Shown here piece by piece: positions 8,567-18,173 of a stretch of DNA of 64,000 bases. The stretch's first letter is position 1; every line of letters starts with the position of its first letter. The notes beneath the pieces were generated by a model. The model was not told where the DNA came from. It saw nothing but the letters and a program-made list of their open reading frames with translations, and did not search any database. Source of the stretch: an uncultured virus (IMG/VR IMGVR_UViG_3300044622_000297). Lineage: Duplodnaviria > Heunggongvirae > Uroviricota > Caudoviricetes. Where the stretch lies: the IMG/VR virus record IMGVR_UViG_3300044622_000297; one strand, given 5' to 3'. A program made the position numbers and the translations under genes.

Positions 8567-10159
8567 TTACTCCTCAAACAGTGATGGGTTAAGTATTGGT
8601 TTCGTTGGTTCTGCTTTTACTTTGACTACCTTCTCTATGCCTAACATACCTTCAAACTCAAACGTTTCGTGGAAGAACGTGTCTGGATTGATAAGGTCGT
8701 CTCCTTTGTTACCACGTGTTCCAATGATGCGAGCAAAGTATTTCTTGTAGTGCTCGATTAATGCTAATGCTTTACCTTTGTCGCTCGTTGCGAAGATGGC
8801 ATCAATGACTTCGGCGAAGTAATGTAACTCGTATTGCCTAAATCTCTTGCCTTCCATGTAAGACGCATTCATCATCTCTGGGCGTTCGCCGTTACTGTAT
8901 CGACGATTAGCTTCCTGCACCGCTTCGATATGACGATGAACGTTGTGTCCCATCAGGATAGCATAGCTGAAACTATCCCAACTGGTGCGTCCTTCTTTCC
9001 CTATCTTATTTAGGTCGCCGGGTCCATAGATACAAATATCTTTGATCGTGCAGCGTTCGCTGACTGGACTTTCTTCGAAAACAGGGAAGATGCCATCTTG
9101 TAATACTGCGTCACGGAAGCGTCGCGTGTCCGTTGAATACTTTTTGTCATCGACGCTTGGTGCCATTCTGTATGTCCATTTGTCATTGTGCGTGTATTCG
9201 TTTGCGACATAGACTTGACCGTTAGCAGTAGCTAAGAATGGACTAGCGCAGTCAAAGCTCACTGTAAAGTTTTCGTTGTGATACTTGCGTACCGCATTTT
9301 GGATGTCAGTGAGCAACACCGCCCATTCTAGCTTACTGGTTCCTAGGAAGTGCATCCAATCGTGTTTGCCTTTCTCAAGTAATCCGTCGTGCCGTAGAGC
9401 TACTAGCCTTCGAAGGATTAGCTCAACGTCGCACATATTCTGTCCTCCCATCGACCAACCTTCAAATGGTTGTTCGTATTGCTTAGGATCGCAGTATTTC
9501 TTCATCCTGTCATACCAATCGTCTGCCTGTGCGTGTGTCTCGCCTTGTAGAACATTTAGGAATTTACAGTTCCCGTTACGATTGCGCATAAAGAATTCGT
9601 TGTTGATGTCTGTTGCTGCTACCGCTTCAGCGTAAGTGCTTACACCTGTTGCTGCTGCGCCTGCTGGGCTGCGGGCGACCCAGGCCGGAATATCAAGGAT
9701 CATTCCGTAGTCCATGTATGCGTCCATCCAGCTCAATACTTGCGCACGTTTTAACGATGCCTTAGGGCAGTTGATATTTTTCCAATCGCCTTCCCACACG
9801 CCTTTACCGATCTGGAATCCTCCGGAGTCGCCTACTACGAACGAGTATTTGCGATCACGATTGCGAACCATGTCTTCTTTCGGTGCCACTTTGTTAACAT
9901 CGAGCTCGGCGTGTCCTGCCGAATACAAAGCCCACTTGTAAGGGAAGTATGCTTCTTCTTTGTTCAGCCAGTTCAGACCTTCTACTCCTGTTTCAAAGTC
10001 AGCAGGTACGCGAGCAGGATCAACGTAGTTTGGATCGAATCGTTGCTTACCTACGTAAGTCGCATAGAACCCACTAAGGGCAGGTAAGAATACAGCATAC
10101 TTACTTTTCCCATCAGGCATGATTTGTTTTGCTGTTAAATCGTCACGCTTAAATGTCAT
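8567..10159 (-). CDS. TGT/DpdA-family guanine transglycosylase (probable 7-deazaguanine insertion enzyme)
   Basis: DSGGFQ, MILDIP, NVLQG, GWSMGG, HFLG, SFD motifs; no CxCxxC Zn motif; clustered with folE/queD/queE. Confidence 0.85.
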   Translation of the reverse strand: MTFKRDDLTAKQIMPDGKSKYAVFLPALSGFYATYVGKQRFDPNYVDPARVPADFETGVEGLNWLNKEEAYFPYKWALYSAGHAELDVNKVAPKEDMVRNRDRKYSFVVGDSGGFQIGKGVWEGDWKNINCPKASLKRAQVLSWMDAYMDYGMILDIPAWVARSPAGAAATGVSTYAEAVAATDINNEFFMRNRNGNCKFLNVLQGETHAQADDWYDRMKKYCDPKQYEQPFEGWSMGGQNMCDVELILRRLVALRHDGLLEKGKHDWMHFLGTSKLEWAVLLTDIQNAVRKYHNENFTVSFDCASPFLATANGQVYVANEYTHNDKWTYRMAPSVDDKKYSTDTRRFRDAVLQDGIFPVFEESPVSERCTIKDICIYGPGDLNKIGKEGRTSWDSFSYAILMGHNVHRHIEAVQEANRRYSNGERPEMMNASYMEGKRFRQYELHYFAEVIDAIFATSDKGKALALIEHYKKYFARIIGTRGNKGDDLINPDTFFHETFEFEGMLGIEKVVKVKAEPTKPILNPSLFEE

Positions 10160-10374
10160 ACTATACGACCTATACCTTTGTAAAATAATTCACGCATTAA
10201 TCTTTCCACGTCGTGGCCTTGGTTCAACAAGTAAGCAGTATGAAGCTTCTCAATGACTTCAACGACATCGCCAGAGACTTGCACGTTTCGATTTTCGAGC
10301 ACTTCAAGTAAGTCATCTGTGTCGAAGTCATTGAGATCGACATCTACATCAACTTCGGTGGTAATAGTTGGCAT
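10156..10374 (-). CDS. hypothetical protein
   Basis: operon packing. Confidence 0.6.
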   Translation of the reverse strand: MPTITTEVDVDVDLNDFDTDDLLEVLENRNVQVSGDVVEVIEKLHTAYLLNQGHDVERLMRELFYKGIGRIV

Positions 10375-11109
10375 TTATTTCTGCTGTGCAGGCATTGTGT
10401 AGGTGTAAAGTGCTAAGCCGCTATCGACTGTGATCTGAGCAGCGCCTTCATCGCTAATGCGGAAGACCTTGTCGCCTGCTAAGTTCAGGATGCCCATTAC
10501 TTCAGTGATAGGCCAGTGGAAACCTTTGGCGACTGTTCCGGTCACACTGTCGGCGAATACAAAGTCGCCTGCGTGTGAGCTATGGTCACCAAACATAAAC
10601 TTCAGTGAGCCTTTTTCAGTCTTAGCGATGAAAGTCTTTTCTTCGCTGTTAGCACTTGCCATGAACTTCAGCCGCTGAATGTTCTGAACTGTAGGCTCAA
10701 ACTCAACGTTCCACTTTACGCCTTTAAACTTTAGCTGCTTCAGTTGCTCGTTAATAAGAGCGGAGCTCATAAAGCGGTAGTCGTTCTTAAAGTCGCCTGC
10801 CTTGTTTTCAAAGTGCAGGCCAGCAAGTTCTTCTACTTCACCGACCTTCTTTTTAGTGACAGTGATTTTAGAATCTGCTGCGTATTCTGGAATGTTCAGA
10901 ATAACGTTAAGCTTGTCTAAGTTAGGCATACCAAACTGCCCAATAAACATTGGCCAAGGGTTATGCGTCTTTGCTTGTAGAATAACGCTGCGGTCTTCGG
11001 ACAAAGCATCGATTGCTGTCTCGCTCTCGGTGCCAGTAACCTTCACCAGATTAATTCCTCCGAGGCTAAATGTATGTTGAACGATATCTTTTAAAAACGA
11101 GTATGGCAT
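10375..11109 (-). CDS. putative sliding clamp / processivity factor
   Basis: 244 aa alpha/beta protein directly downstream of polB; a clamp loader is present in the window. Confidence 0.5.
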   Translation of the reverse strand: MPYSFLKDIVQHTFSLGGINLVKVTGTESETAIDALSEDRSVILQAKTHNPWPMFIGQFGMPNLDKLNVILNIPEYAADSKITVTKKKVGEVEELAGLHFENKAGDFKNDYRFMSSALINEQLKQLKFKGVKWNVEFEPTVQNIQRLKFMASANSEEKTFIAKTEKGSLKFMFGDHSSHAGDFVFADSVTGTVAKGFHWPITEVMGILNLAGDKVFRISDEGAAQITVDSGLALYTYTMPAQQK

Positions 11110-11175
11110 GTGAAACTCCTCTAATATGTGTTATGATAGCAAATGTATTTAGGTAAACGCAACCTGTTTGAACAA

Positions 11176-13932
11176 TTAATCAAACGAAAATAATGAATCG
11201 AACGACGATTTGACTTGAGTATTGTTGGTAATATCCCAATTCAAAACTCCGAGTAAGTTTTCGAATTTCTTAGCGATAGTATCTTCCATTTCACTACTAT
11301 CGAACGGTAAATCCTTAAACCAATCTGGAATATGAAGAACGTCTGTTGGATAAGCAACCGAAGTGTATCCCATCGGATTTGGGCGAAGCTTACAGACGAT
11401 GACTTTCATTCCATCAACTATCTTCATGCTGTAATTGTCGCCATTCATTCGGCGTAAGATATTCCAATTCATTGCTGCTCTGACGTGTCCGGGCAAGTTC
11501 GACTTACCTTCGCGCTCTTCTGTTTCTGTGTAGTTCGTCAAGTTGTTTACACGTTTCGGAGAACCTTTTTCCCAAGCTGGGACTTCAGCAAAGAACCGCT
11601 TAAACTCTTTAATTTTCTCAATGATCTGTTCCTTTGGCACATCGAGAAGAACGTCTTGTAAAATAACGCTTAGGAATTCCTGAACGACCTTCGGGGTGTC
11701 GCTGCGTCGTAGATCAAGTCCAGTAGCCTTTACTTTACCTAACCCTTCAATAACACCTTTCTTCTTTGCTGTTTCGTGATCATAGTGATCAAGTCGTGTA
11801 CCTTCTTGCTCATATACTAGAATAGCATAACGCTTCTTAGTAACAAACAATCCACTGAGAGCAACAGTTTCTCGGCCGCCTTTAATCAGCGTACCGCGCT
11901 CTGATGGGCAATGGCATTCCCTCTCCATCATTGCTGGGAAGCTTTCGTTTACTTGTTCAGCAATGCTGTCGTATAGTTGGATGGCTATCTCTTTGTTCCA
12001 TTCCATTTTCTTTGCTTTGACATCATCTTTAACCATTGGCCAAGCAGAGAAGTAAGCAGAGTCAGTATCACCGTACACAATAGCTTCGCCGTTGTATTCG
12101 TATTTGCCCGTTAAGCATTCGTTAATGAATGCGTCCATGTGTCTCGCAATGATACGACCAGTTAACGTAGTAGATTGACCTAAGCGATGATCGTGGAATC
12201 TACAACCTGGGTTAAGCAATGCTCCGTACAAACTGTTTAGGTTAATCTTCTTAACAAGCTGTCGCTTATCCCAGAACGCAATTTCTTCTTTATCAGTTGC
12301 TGCTTTCTTTTTAGCTTGTAGTTCTTTTCGTTCAGCGTACCAAGTTGCTAGTAGCGTAGGTATAATACCTTCTGTCTCGTATTGGAAGATCGTACCGTTT
12401 GCGCTCAGGACCCACTTCTGACCACCTTCGAAGATGATACGCCATACTTCGTCTGCTGTGTGAGCAGTAGATACCCCATCTTCTTCCCAGTCAATAATGA
12501 TCTCGGTACCTTTCTCCATGTTCATAACTGCGGTGTACTCTAAACTACCGAACAGTCCTTCCCACGCGCCAGCAAACGACGCACCTTTAATCGTTTTCTT
12601 ACCTACCTTCTTATCGGCCATTTTCTCAGAAATGTATCTATCAGTCATTACTGGACGAAGCTGACCGACAATAGTTTCTGGACCCATGTTCAGGGCACGA
12701 ATACACGAAGGGTACAGAGAGTTAATGTCGATTGCTCCGATGTATTTGTGCATTCCTTTTCTCGGATAAGCAACATACGCACCGGCTGCCTTTTCTGTTA
12801 GGTCCTCTTCTTTATCCTCGTCGTCTTCGTTGTGGAATGTGCGTTCCTTGCGCGACGGAACAATAAGCCCTTGCTTATGAGCAGCATTGATGATTGCCTG
12901 GTCGGTGACCGCAACCGCTCCCATAGTTGTCTGTAGCAATACTGTGTTATCGTGCGCTAGTTCGTTTGTCAGGTCCAGGAATTTTAGCTTCTTGTCAAGC
13001 TTCGCTAGTAGTATAACGTCCTGTCTGTTATAGTCTAAGAACTTGTAGTAGTCTTGGTTATACAGTTGATCCAGTGATCCCTCGTAGGACACCTTTCTCT
13101 CACCTAGCTCGTACTCACCAATAGCATCCAGCGAATAGCTGTGACGCTCTTCGTAAGTGTACTTGCGATACAGTTGCATGTAGTCAAGGTGTACGCGGCC
13201 AATTAGATCAAATGTAGTGCTCTTAGCACCGTACCGTTCGAACTCTCGCTGCTTAGGAAGCTGACCCCACAAACACATACGACGCAGGTCATCTTTAGCT
13301 AAGGTACGAATGATTCGCCCTACAATGTAGGGTATGTCGTACCCTTCGCTGTTCCAACCTGTTAAAATATCTGCGTCGTCGATGAGAGTTAAGAAAGAGT
13401 CAAGCATGTCAGCTTCTCTTTCAAACACATAAGTATCGTCGAACTTATTTGCTATCACTTCAGCAGCTTCTAAAGACAACGATTTCGGTGGAACAGATAA
13501 AGTAACTAACTTATCTAGCCAGTCAAAGTAAATCGTGATAGCAGTGATTTTGTTGAATGGGTTATCTGTCGGAGCGTATCCACCTTGCTCTATGTCAAAG
13601 TCTGCCTCGATGTCGATAAATGCTGTGTGTAGCTTAGGAGACTTTGCTCCCATGTAGTTAGTTTCTAAGCATCGAAAGACTACGTTACAGTCATTTTCCC
13701 ACAGCCGCTTTCCACTGTGGATACGCATCTCTTTCCTAAACTCTTTATTGGAACGAGATGTGAATCTGCTTACTGGTGTGCGGTAGATTGTTTGATGCTT
13801 ACCTTTTGGGTCATCGAAATAAAAAATATATTCCGCCGGGAAATCTCTGAATACTCGATTCCCATCTTTGTCGCGTTCTACTACGTGAATGCGATCTTTC
13901 TCTCGGTCGTGCCGTGCGTCGACGTAACTCAA
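11176..13932 (-). CDS. family B DNA polymerase
   Basis: ExoI DIE, WNSEGYD, DINSLYPS, KINLNSLYG, YGDTDS, KKRY; C-terminal SLFSF clamp-binding-like tail; TTG start after AGGAG. Confidence 0.97.
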   Translation of the reverse strand: MSYVDARHDREKDRIHVVERDKDGNRVFRDFPAEYIFYFDDPKGKHQTIYRTPVSRFTSRSNKEFRKEMRIHSGKRLWENDCNVVFRCLETNYMGAKSPKLHTAFIDIEADFDIEQGGYAPTDNPFNKITAITIYFDWLDKLVTLSVPPKSLSLEAAEVIANKFDDTYVFEREADMLDSFLTLIDDADILTGWNSEGYDIPYIVGRIIRTLAKDDLRRMCLWGQLPKQREFERYGAKSTTFDLIGRVHLDYMQLYRKYTYEERHSYSLDAIGEYELGERKVSYEGSLDQLYNQDYYKFLDYNRQDVILLAKLDKKLKFLDLTNELAHDNTVLLQTTMGAVAVTDQAIINAAHKQGLIVPSRKERTFHNEDDEDKEEDLTEKAAGAYVAYPRKGMHKYIGAIDINSLYPSCIRALNMGPETIVGQLRPVMTDRYISEKMADKKVGKKTIKGASFAGAWEGLFGSLEYTAVMNMEKGTEIIIDWEEDGVSTAHTADEVWRIIFEGGQKWVLSANGTIFQYETEGIIPTLLATWYAERKELQAKKKAATDKEEIAFWDKRQLVKKINLNSLYGALLNPGCRFHDHRLGQSTTLTGRIIARHMDAFINECLTGKYEYNGEAIVYGDTDSAYFSAWPMVKDDVKAKKMEWNKEIAIQLYDSIAEQVNESFPAMMERECHCPSERGTLIKGGRETVALSGLFVTKKRYAILVYEQEGTRLDHYDHETAKKKGVIEGLGKVKATGLDLRRSDTPKVVQEFLSVILQDVLLDVPKEQIIEKIKEFKRFFAEVPAWEKGSPKRVNNLTNYTETEEREGKSNLPGHVRAAMNWNILRRMNGDNYSMKIVDGMKVIVCKLRPNPMGYTSVAYPTDVLHIPDWFKDLPFDSSEMEDTIAKKFENLLGVLNWDITNNTQVKSSFDSLFSFD

Positions 13933-13939
13933 ATTGATA

Positions 13940-13971
13940 CTCCTATTATCCGCTTGTGGCCGGAATCACCG
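13940..13971 (-). promoter_or_regulatory. small hairpin/possible pseudoknot 5' of polB RBS (candidate translational operator)
   Basis: GGU-gau-UCCG-GCC-acaag-CGGA-uaau-AGGAG. Confidence 0.35.
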
Positions 13972-13997
13972 TGATTTAAGTGCTGCTAGATTATTTC

Positions 13998-14258
13998 CTA
14001 GAGAGTACGCCCAACAGTTTCAAGAAGATCAGCAACTGTTTCGTGGTCTTCGTTCATTTCGGTGAACCTGGACTTTTGGGCAACCTTTACGGCTTTCTTC
14101 AGTAAGGCCGGTTTTATCTCTAGCTCTTCTGCTACTGCTTTGATTGTATCCGAAAGGCCTTCAGACAAGTCTTCTACTTCTTGGAGCACCGCTATGCTTT
14201 CGGTGAATAGCTGTGTCAGTTTCGCTTTCTGTTCCGGTGTAAACATCCTAGTAACCAT
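13998..14258 (-). CDS. T4 DsbA-like dsDNA-binding protein
   Basis: 86 aa helical; DTIKAVAEELEIKPALLKKAVK pattern. Confidence 0.55.
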   Translation of the reverse strand: MVTRMFTPEQKAKLTQLFTESIAVLQEVEDLSEGLSDTIKAVAEELEIKPALLKKAVKVAQKSRFTEMNEDHETVADLLETVGRTL

Positions 14259-14281
14259 ACAATGAATCTCCTATTTAAATT

Positions 14282-14311
14282 ATTATAACGTAATATTATT
14301 TGTTAAATCAA
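14282..14311 (-). promoter_or_regulatory. sigma70-type promoter
   Basis: TTGATT-N18-TATAAT upstream of DsbA-like gene/polB. Confidence 0.55.
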
Positions 14312-14320
14312 CCCGTTTGG

Positions 14321-14391
14321 TATAAATAATAGTGCGGTTCGCTGGTTTCGTCGACCCTAACCGCTCTATCGCTAACTGGAGCAACAGCATG
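14321..14391 (+). promoter_or_regulatory. late promoter + conserved structured endonuclease leader, copy A
   Basis: TATAAATA; stems GCGGTT/AACCGC, GGT/ACC, GCT/AGC overlapping GGAG; CAGC-ATG. Confidence 0.7.
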
Positions 14392-15060
14392 AGTATTTAT
14401 AGTCATATCGCGCCACCCACTGGATTTTATGTATACGCATATATTCGGATTAAAGATTCTAAAACAGCAAAAGCAGGCACACCTTACTACATTGGTAAAG
14501 GTAAGCAATCAAGGGCAATCGCAAAACATTCTTTTACAGTTCCGGAATGCTCGAGAATAATTATCTTAGAAGAAAACCTAACCGAAATCGGTGCTTTAGC
14601 AATTGAGAGGCGCCTTATTAGATTATGGGGCCGTAAAGATTTAGGAACCGGTATTTTGTTGAATATGACTGACGGCGGCGACGGTGCCGAGGGGCAACTG
14701 TGTTCAGATTCGAAGAGAGCTGCTCTTTCGAAAAAGTTAACCGGGTTATCAAAAACTACCGACGCATATAAGAAAATACTATCTGACGAAATCAAGAATG
14801 GTAAGCGACCCACATTTACTACTGCCGGATATAAATTCACGGATGAACAATGTTCTAATATATCAAAAGGAAGAAAAGGGCAACCTGCGAACAACAAAGG
14901 GGTATCGCCGACAAAAGTAACCTGCTTACACTGTAAGAAAGAAGTAGATGTCCGCAACTATTCGCGATGGCATTTTAATAACTGTAAGAAGGGTGTCCGA
15001 TTCGAACAAGCAGGCAGCGAATCTACTTATTCAGGTTCGGATCGACCTACGCCACCGTAG
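14389..15060 (+). mobile_element. GIY-YIG-like homing endonuclease, antisense insertion
   Basis: [39 protein letters not shown]-like region, CxxC..WHFNNC; start re-assigned to ATG 14389. Confidence 0.75.
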
Positions 15061-15084
15061 CCATAACGGTCCCGGTTACGTTCT
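14991..15084 (-). ncRNA. candidate structured RNA with pseudoknot
   Basis: 10-bp stem with two G-U pairs, enclosing UCCGA/UCGGA, ACCGU/ACGGU hairpin, loop CGCUGCC complementary to GGUGGCG. Confidence 0.45.
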
Positions 15085-16302
15085 TTATCGTCGGCCACCA
15101 AGGTCGGTGACCGGTTCCTTTAACCATTCTATGCGGTTCTTTATTTTAGCAGCAAGTGCTGGATCTTTATCGACTACTTGTTCGTATCGTTGTTCTAACT
15201 TAGCAATCTTCTCGTTAGTTATTTGATCCATTTTATGATAAGCACCACCTAACCCACCAACAGTGCCAACAGCAATTGCAGTAGCAGCTATATTTTGTTT
15301 CCATCCTTCTTTAATCTCGTCTTCAGTAAACACTGGTGGATTTTGCTTGGTCTGTATCTTACGTTTCAGTGCTTCACGACCTTTAACACGATCCCACATG
15401 CCGCGGACTTTACCTTTAGCAATCTCACCTTTTACTTCGTCTGGTTGAGTTCGAAGATCGCGCAGTCTCTTTGCTTGTAGATTTGCTACTGTTAGGTCGT
15501 CGATCTCGCGAACAATCTTCTCTCCGTTATCATCATACTCTCTGTGTATTGAAGTTAAGTCTTTTAAACGGGAATCCCATGGAGCAAACACTTCGTTTGG
15601 TTGTACAGCAATCATATCACCTGCTGCCCAGTTCCTTAGCTTGCCACCGTTTAGTTTAATGTGACACAGTCCGGTCTCACCAATGCGCTTAAACAGTCCA
15701 TACGATACATTATCTGGATGATCGTTAGCAACAATTGCTACCTGCTGACCTACGAGTTTCTCTACACCTTTGTTGAATATGCTTCCTTGCTTGTTAGGGA
15801 TGCTCTTAGTCATTGAGGCTTCTGGCACCGGAATACCTTTGTCATACCCTTCTACATAGTATGCGTCGTATACCTTAAACCCTTGCTTCTTGTAATGTTC
15901 AACTGCTTTCTTGAGTGCGTCAACTTCGTCGCCTTTAACACGGATGAACTTTTGAATTTCCTCGTTTCTTTCTGACACTGCTACGGCGTTAGGATTAGAT
16001 ATCGTAACAGAGATGCGATGATAGGCTGTGTTAGATTCGTTTATAGCAGTTCCTTCATTCTCGATCTCTTCTGTAAACCCCTTTAAGGCCATTGTAGCTT
16101 TAATCTTTTCAAACGGCAAAGTAACAGGAATACGCTTCTTCTCTTGCCCTACTTCCATCTCGAAAGCGTTTTCTCCAGGACCCGTCTTCCATAGGTAGAT
16201 CTTAGATGCCATGCCAGTTGGTTTATCTAGTGTAGGACCTTTGCGGAAAATAGCAATTAGCTTGCCTTCGCTTTCTTGTAAAAAGAGTTCAGTGACAAAC
16301 AT
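15085..16302 (-). CDS. putative internal head protein (multi-module)
   Basis: N-terminal MFVTELFLQE; repeated hydrophobic-x-E sites. Confidence 0.55.
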   Translation of the reverse strand: MFVTELFLQESEGKLIAIFRKGPTLDKPTGMASKIYLWKTGPGENAFEMEVGQEKKRIPVTLPFEKIKATMALKGFTEEIENEGTAINESNTAYHRISVTISNPNAVAVSERNEEIQKFIRVKGDEVDALKKAVEHYKKQGFKVYDAYYVEGYDKGIPVPEASMTKSIPNKQGSIFNKGVEKLVGQQVAIVANDHPDNVSYGLFKRIGETGLCHIKLNGGKLRNWAAGDMIAVQPNEVFAPWDSRLKDLTSIHREYDDNGEKIVREIDDLTVANLQAKRLRDLRTQPDEVKGEIAKGKVRGMWDRVKGREALKRKIQTKQNPPVFTEDEIKEGWKQNIAATAIAVGTVGGLGGAYHKMDQITNEKIAKLEQRYEQVVDKDPALAAKIKNRIEWLKEPVTDLGGRR

Positions 16303-16304
16303 GC

Positions 16305-16667
16305 TTATTTTTCCTTGTTAATAAGATTCAGTGATTTTTCATCTTCTCGACGAGCGTCTCGGATACGACGAACGTATCGATCATGTAATGCTTGCTCCAT
16401 CGGCTCAAGCCTGCCGCCTTGTGCTTGTTTCTTAGCGTCGAGCTTAAATAGCTCGTCTTCAGTTTGTTCTATGCGCAACTGTCTGACATTGTATTCCATT
16501 GACTGCTGCATCCTGGCTACGTCAGCAGCTGAGGCATAGTGACTGTCGATTGCCCAGATGCTACCCAGGATAGCAACCACCGCGGAAACTACTGACCCGA
16601 CCGTTTTTAAGCTAATTGTCACATGCTTAGATTCTAATGCTGTTGCTGGTTCTTGTTCGTCTGCCAT
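16305..16667 (-). CDS. single-TM coiled-coil protein
   Basis: hydrophobic TVGSVVSAVVAILGSIWAI then coiled coil. Confidence 0.6.
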   Translation of the reverse strand: MADEQEPATALESKHVTISLKTVGSVVSAVVAILGSIWAIDSHYASAADVARMQQSMEYNVRQLRIEQTEDELFKLDAKKQAQGGRLEPMEQALHDRYVRRIRDARREDEKSLNLINKEK

Positions 16668-16668
16668 A

Positions 16669-17811
16669 TTATGCCTTTGCTATAGTCTGTTTTAGAGCAT
16701 TAAATGCTGCCGGCTGCATCGAACTCTTTAGCCCAGTTACCATGTCAGGTACTGATGCCTTAGCTGCCATCGGTGATCCTGGAGGTGCTGGCGGTTGCTG
16801 TGGTTGCGTTTGTGCTGCTGGTTGTTGTCCTGGCTGTACAGGTTGTCCTGGTTGAGCTTGAGCAGGTTGTCCGGGAGTAGGAACGACCTGGTTAATCGGA
16901 GCCTCTTTAAGAGACTTGTTAGCCATTGCCTTCTTAGTTTCTCTTAGCTTGCCCTGCATGTCCTCTAGCTTCCTGCGCAATGCTTCTGCTTTTGATCTCT
17001 TAGACTGAGGGGCACTTTCGTCTGTAAGCGGCTTTGCGCCTTGTGCTTTTACGATTGATTCCCAGGACGGAGTTTCTTCTTGCTGAGGTTTAGTTGCCGG
17101 CTTTCTAACTGGTGGTCGTGAGCGCTCGGTCGGGACATCTTTGCTTGCTCCACGGAATTCGTCGTGGCCGGCCTTCGCTTCGTTCATTGCTTCGTAATCT
17201 TTATTGTCGACATACATGTCGGAATCACGATCGTAATACTTGCCTTCTCTTGCGTCGTAATACAGCACCTTGCCGCTCTTTGTGCGGAACGGTCCTTCTA
17301 ACCCTTGGTCAGACATATCAGTGTAGCGTTCTCTGTCAATGCTTGGCACTGTGCCGCGGGCATTGATACGATCCCATAGTGCTCTATTCTCACCCTTGGC
17401 TTCTTCAACTGGTTTTTCAACGACCGGTCCCGGTGTCACTGGGGTTTCGATAACACGAACTTTTACCCCAGTTGTCTGAACTGTTGGAGCTGCTGCTGGC
17501 TTTGTTTTAGTAGAAGTGACATCAAACTCTACCATTGGTTTAAACTCGATGGACTCAGTTAGTGGAACAAAGAACTTACCATCTACAACCACTTCAAGTT
17601 TTGCTTCAAATGTTCCGGCTGGTAAGATACCTTTTAGCTTCGGAATCGTAGCAGTAATCGTACCGTTGTTCTCAACGCATTTACAGATAATCCCGTAAGT
17701 TGGCCCTTCAATAATGAAGCGGATCTCGGACGTTGATTCTGTAGTGCCGTGCACTTCGATACCAAAGTCCATCTCAGTTGCTTCATTTAATTCTAATTGT
17801 GCTAAAATCAT
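16669..17811 (-). CDS. putative virion/internal head protein with Q/P-rich tail
   Basis: ELNE, PVEE, AMNE, SLKE sites; low-complexity linkers. Confidence 0.55.
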   Translation of the reverse strand: MILAQLELNEATEMDFGIEVHGTTESTSEIRFIIEGPTYGIICKCVENNGTITATIPKLKGILPAGTFEAKLEVVVDGKFFVPLTESIEFKPMVEFDVTSTKTKPAAAPTVQTTGVKVRVIETPVTPGPVVEKPVEEAKGENRALWDRINARGTVPSIDRERYTDMSDQGLEGPFRTKSGKVLYYDAREGKYYDRDSDMYVDNKDYEAMNEAKAGHDEFRGASKDVPTERSRPPVRKPATKPQQEETPSWESIVKAQGAKPLTDESAPQSKRSKAEALRRKLEDMQGKLRETKKAMANKSLKEAPINQVVPTPGQPAQAQPGQPVQPGQQPAAQTQPQQPPAPPGSPMAAKASVPDMVTGLKSSMQPAAFNALKQTIAKA

Positions 17812-18173
17812 AGCTTTTTACCCTTAACAAAGATATTTTTAATATTTATGCCTAATTGCTGAATCTTAATAGAGACTGTATCTACCAGTCTTATAGCACC
17901 CGTAAACCAGGCTGTGATAGCTGGTATTTGATCAGCAAAGAATTTAGATGTTCTGTATTCTGACTCCCATACTTTATCGTCTTTCTTAATGCGGACGATA
18001 ATAACATGGTCCATCCCTGTGTAAGGATAGAGTTTGCCAACTCCGGAGCCACCACCTCCGCCACCACTGGAAGGAGGGATAACAATTACGTCAAAGCTGT
18101 ATCCGCATGTAGCCATGCTGAACGTAGTCCATCCCGGACCTACACCCTCAGTGGCTAACTGAAAGTGATCCAT
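17808..18173 (-). CDS. hypothetical virion-module protein
   Basis: Gly linker; coupled to structural genes. Confidence 0.55.
   Translation of the reverse strand: MDHFQLATEGVGPGWTTFSMATCGYSFDVIVIPPSSGGGGGGSGVGKLYPYTGMDHVIIVRIKKDDKVWESEYRTSKFFADQIPAITAWFTGAIRLVDTVSIKIQQLGINIKNIFVKGKKL

Noticed and set aside
11176..13932. Intein or intron in polB (also checked clpA and clamp loader)
   Set aside because: Motif spacing is continuous; no intein termini or frame breaks seen.
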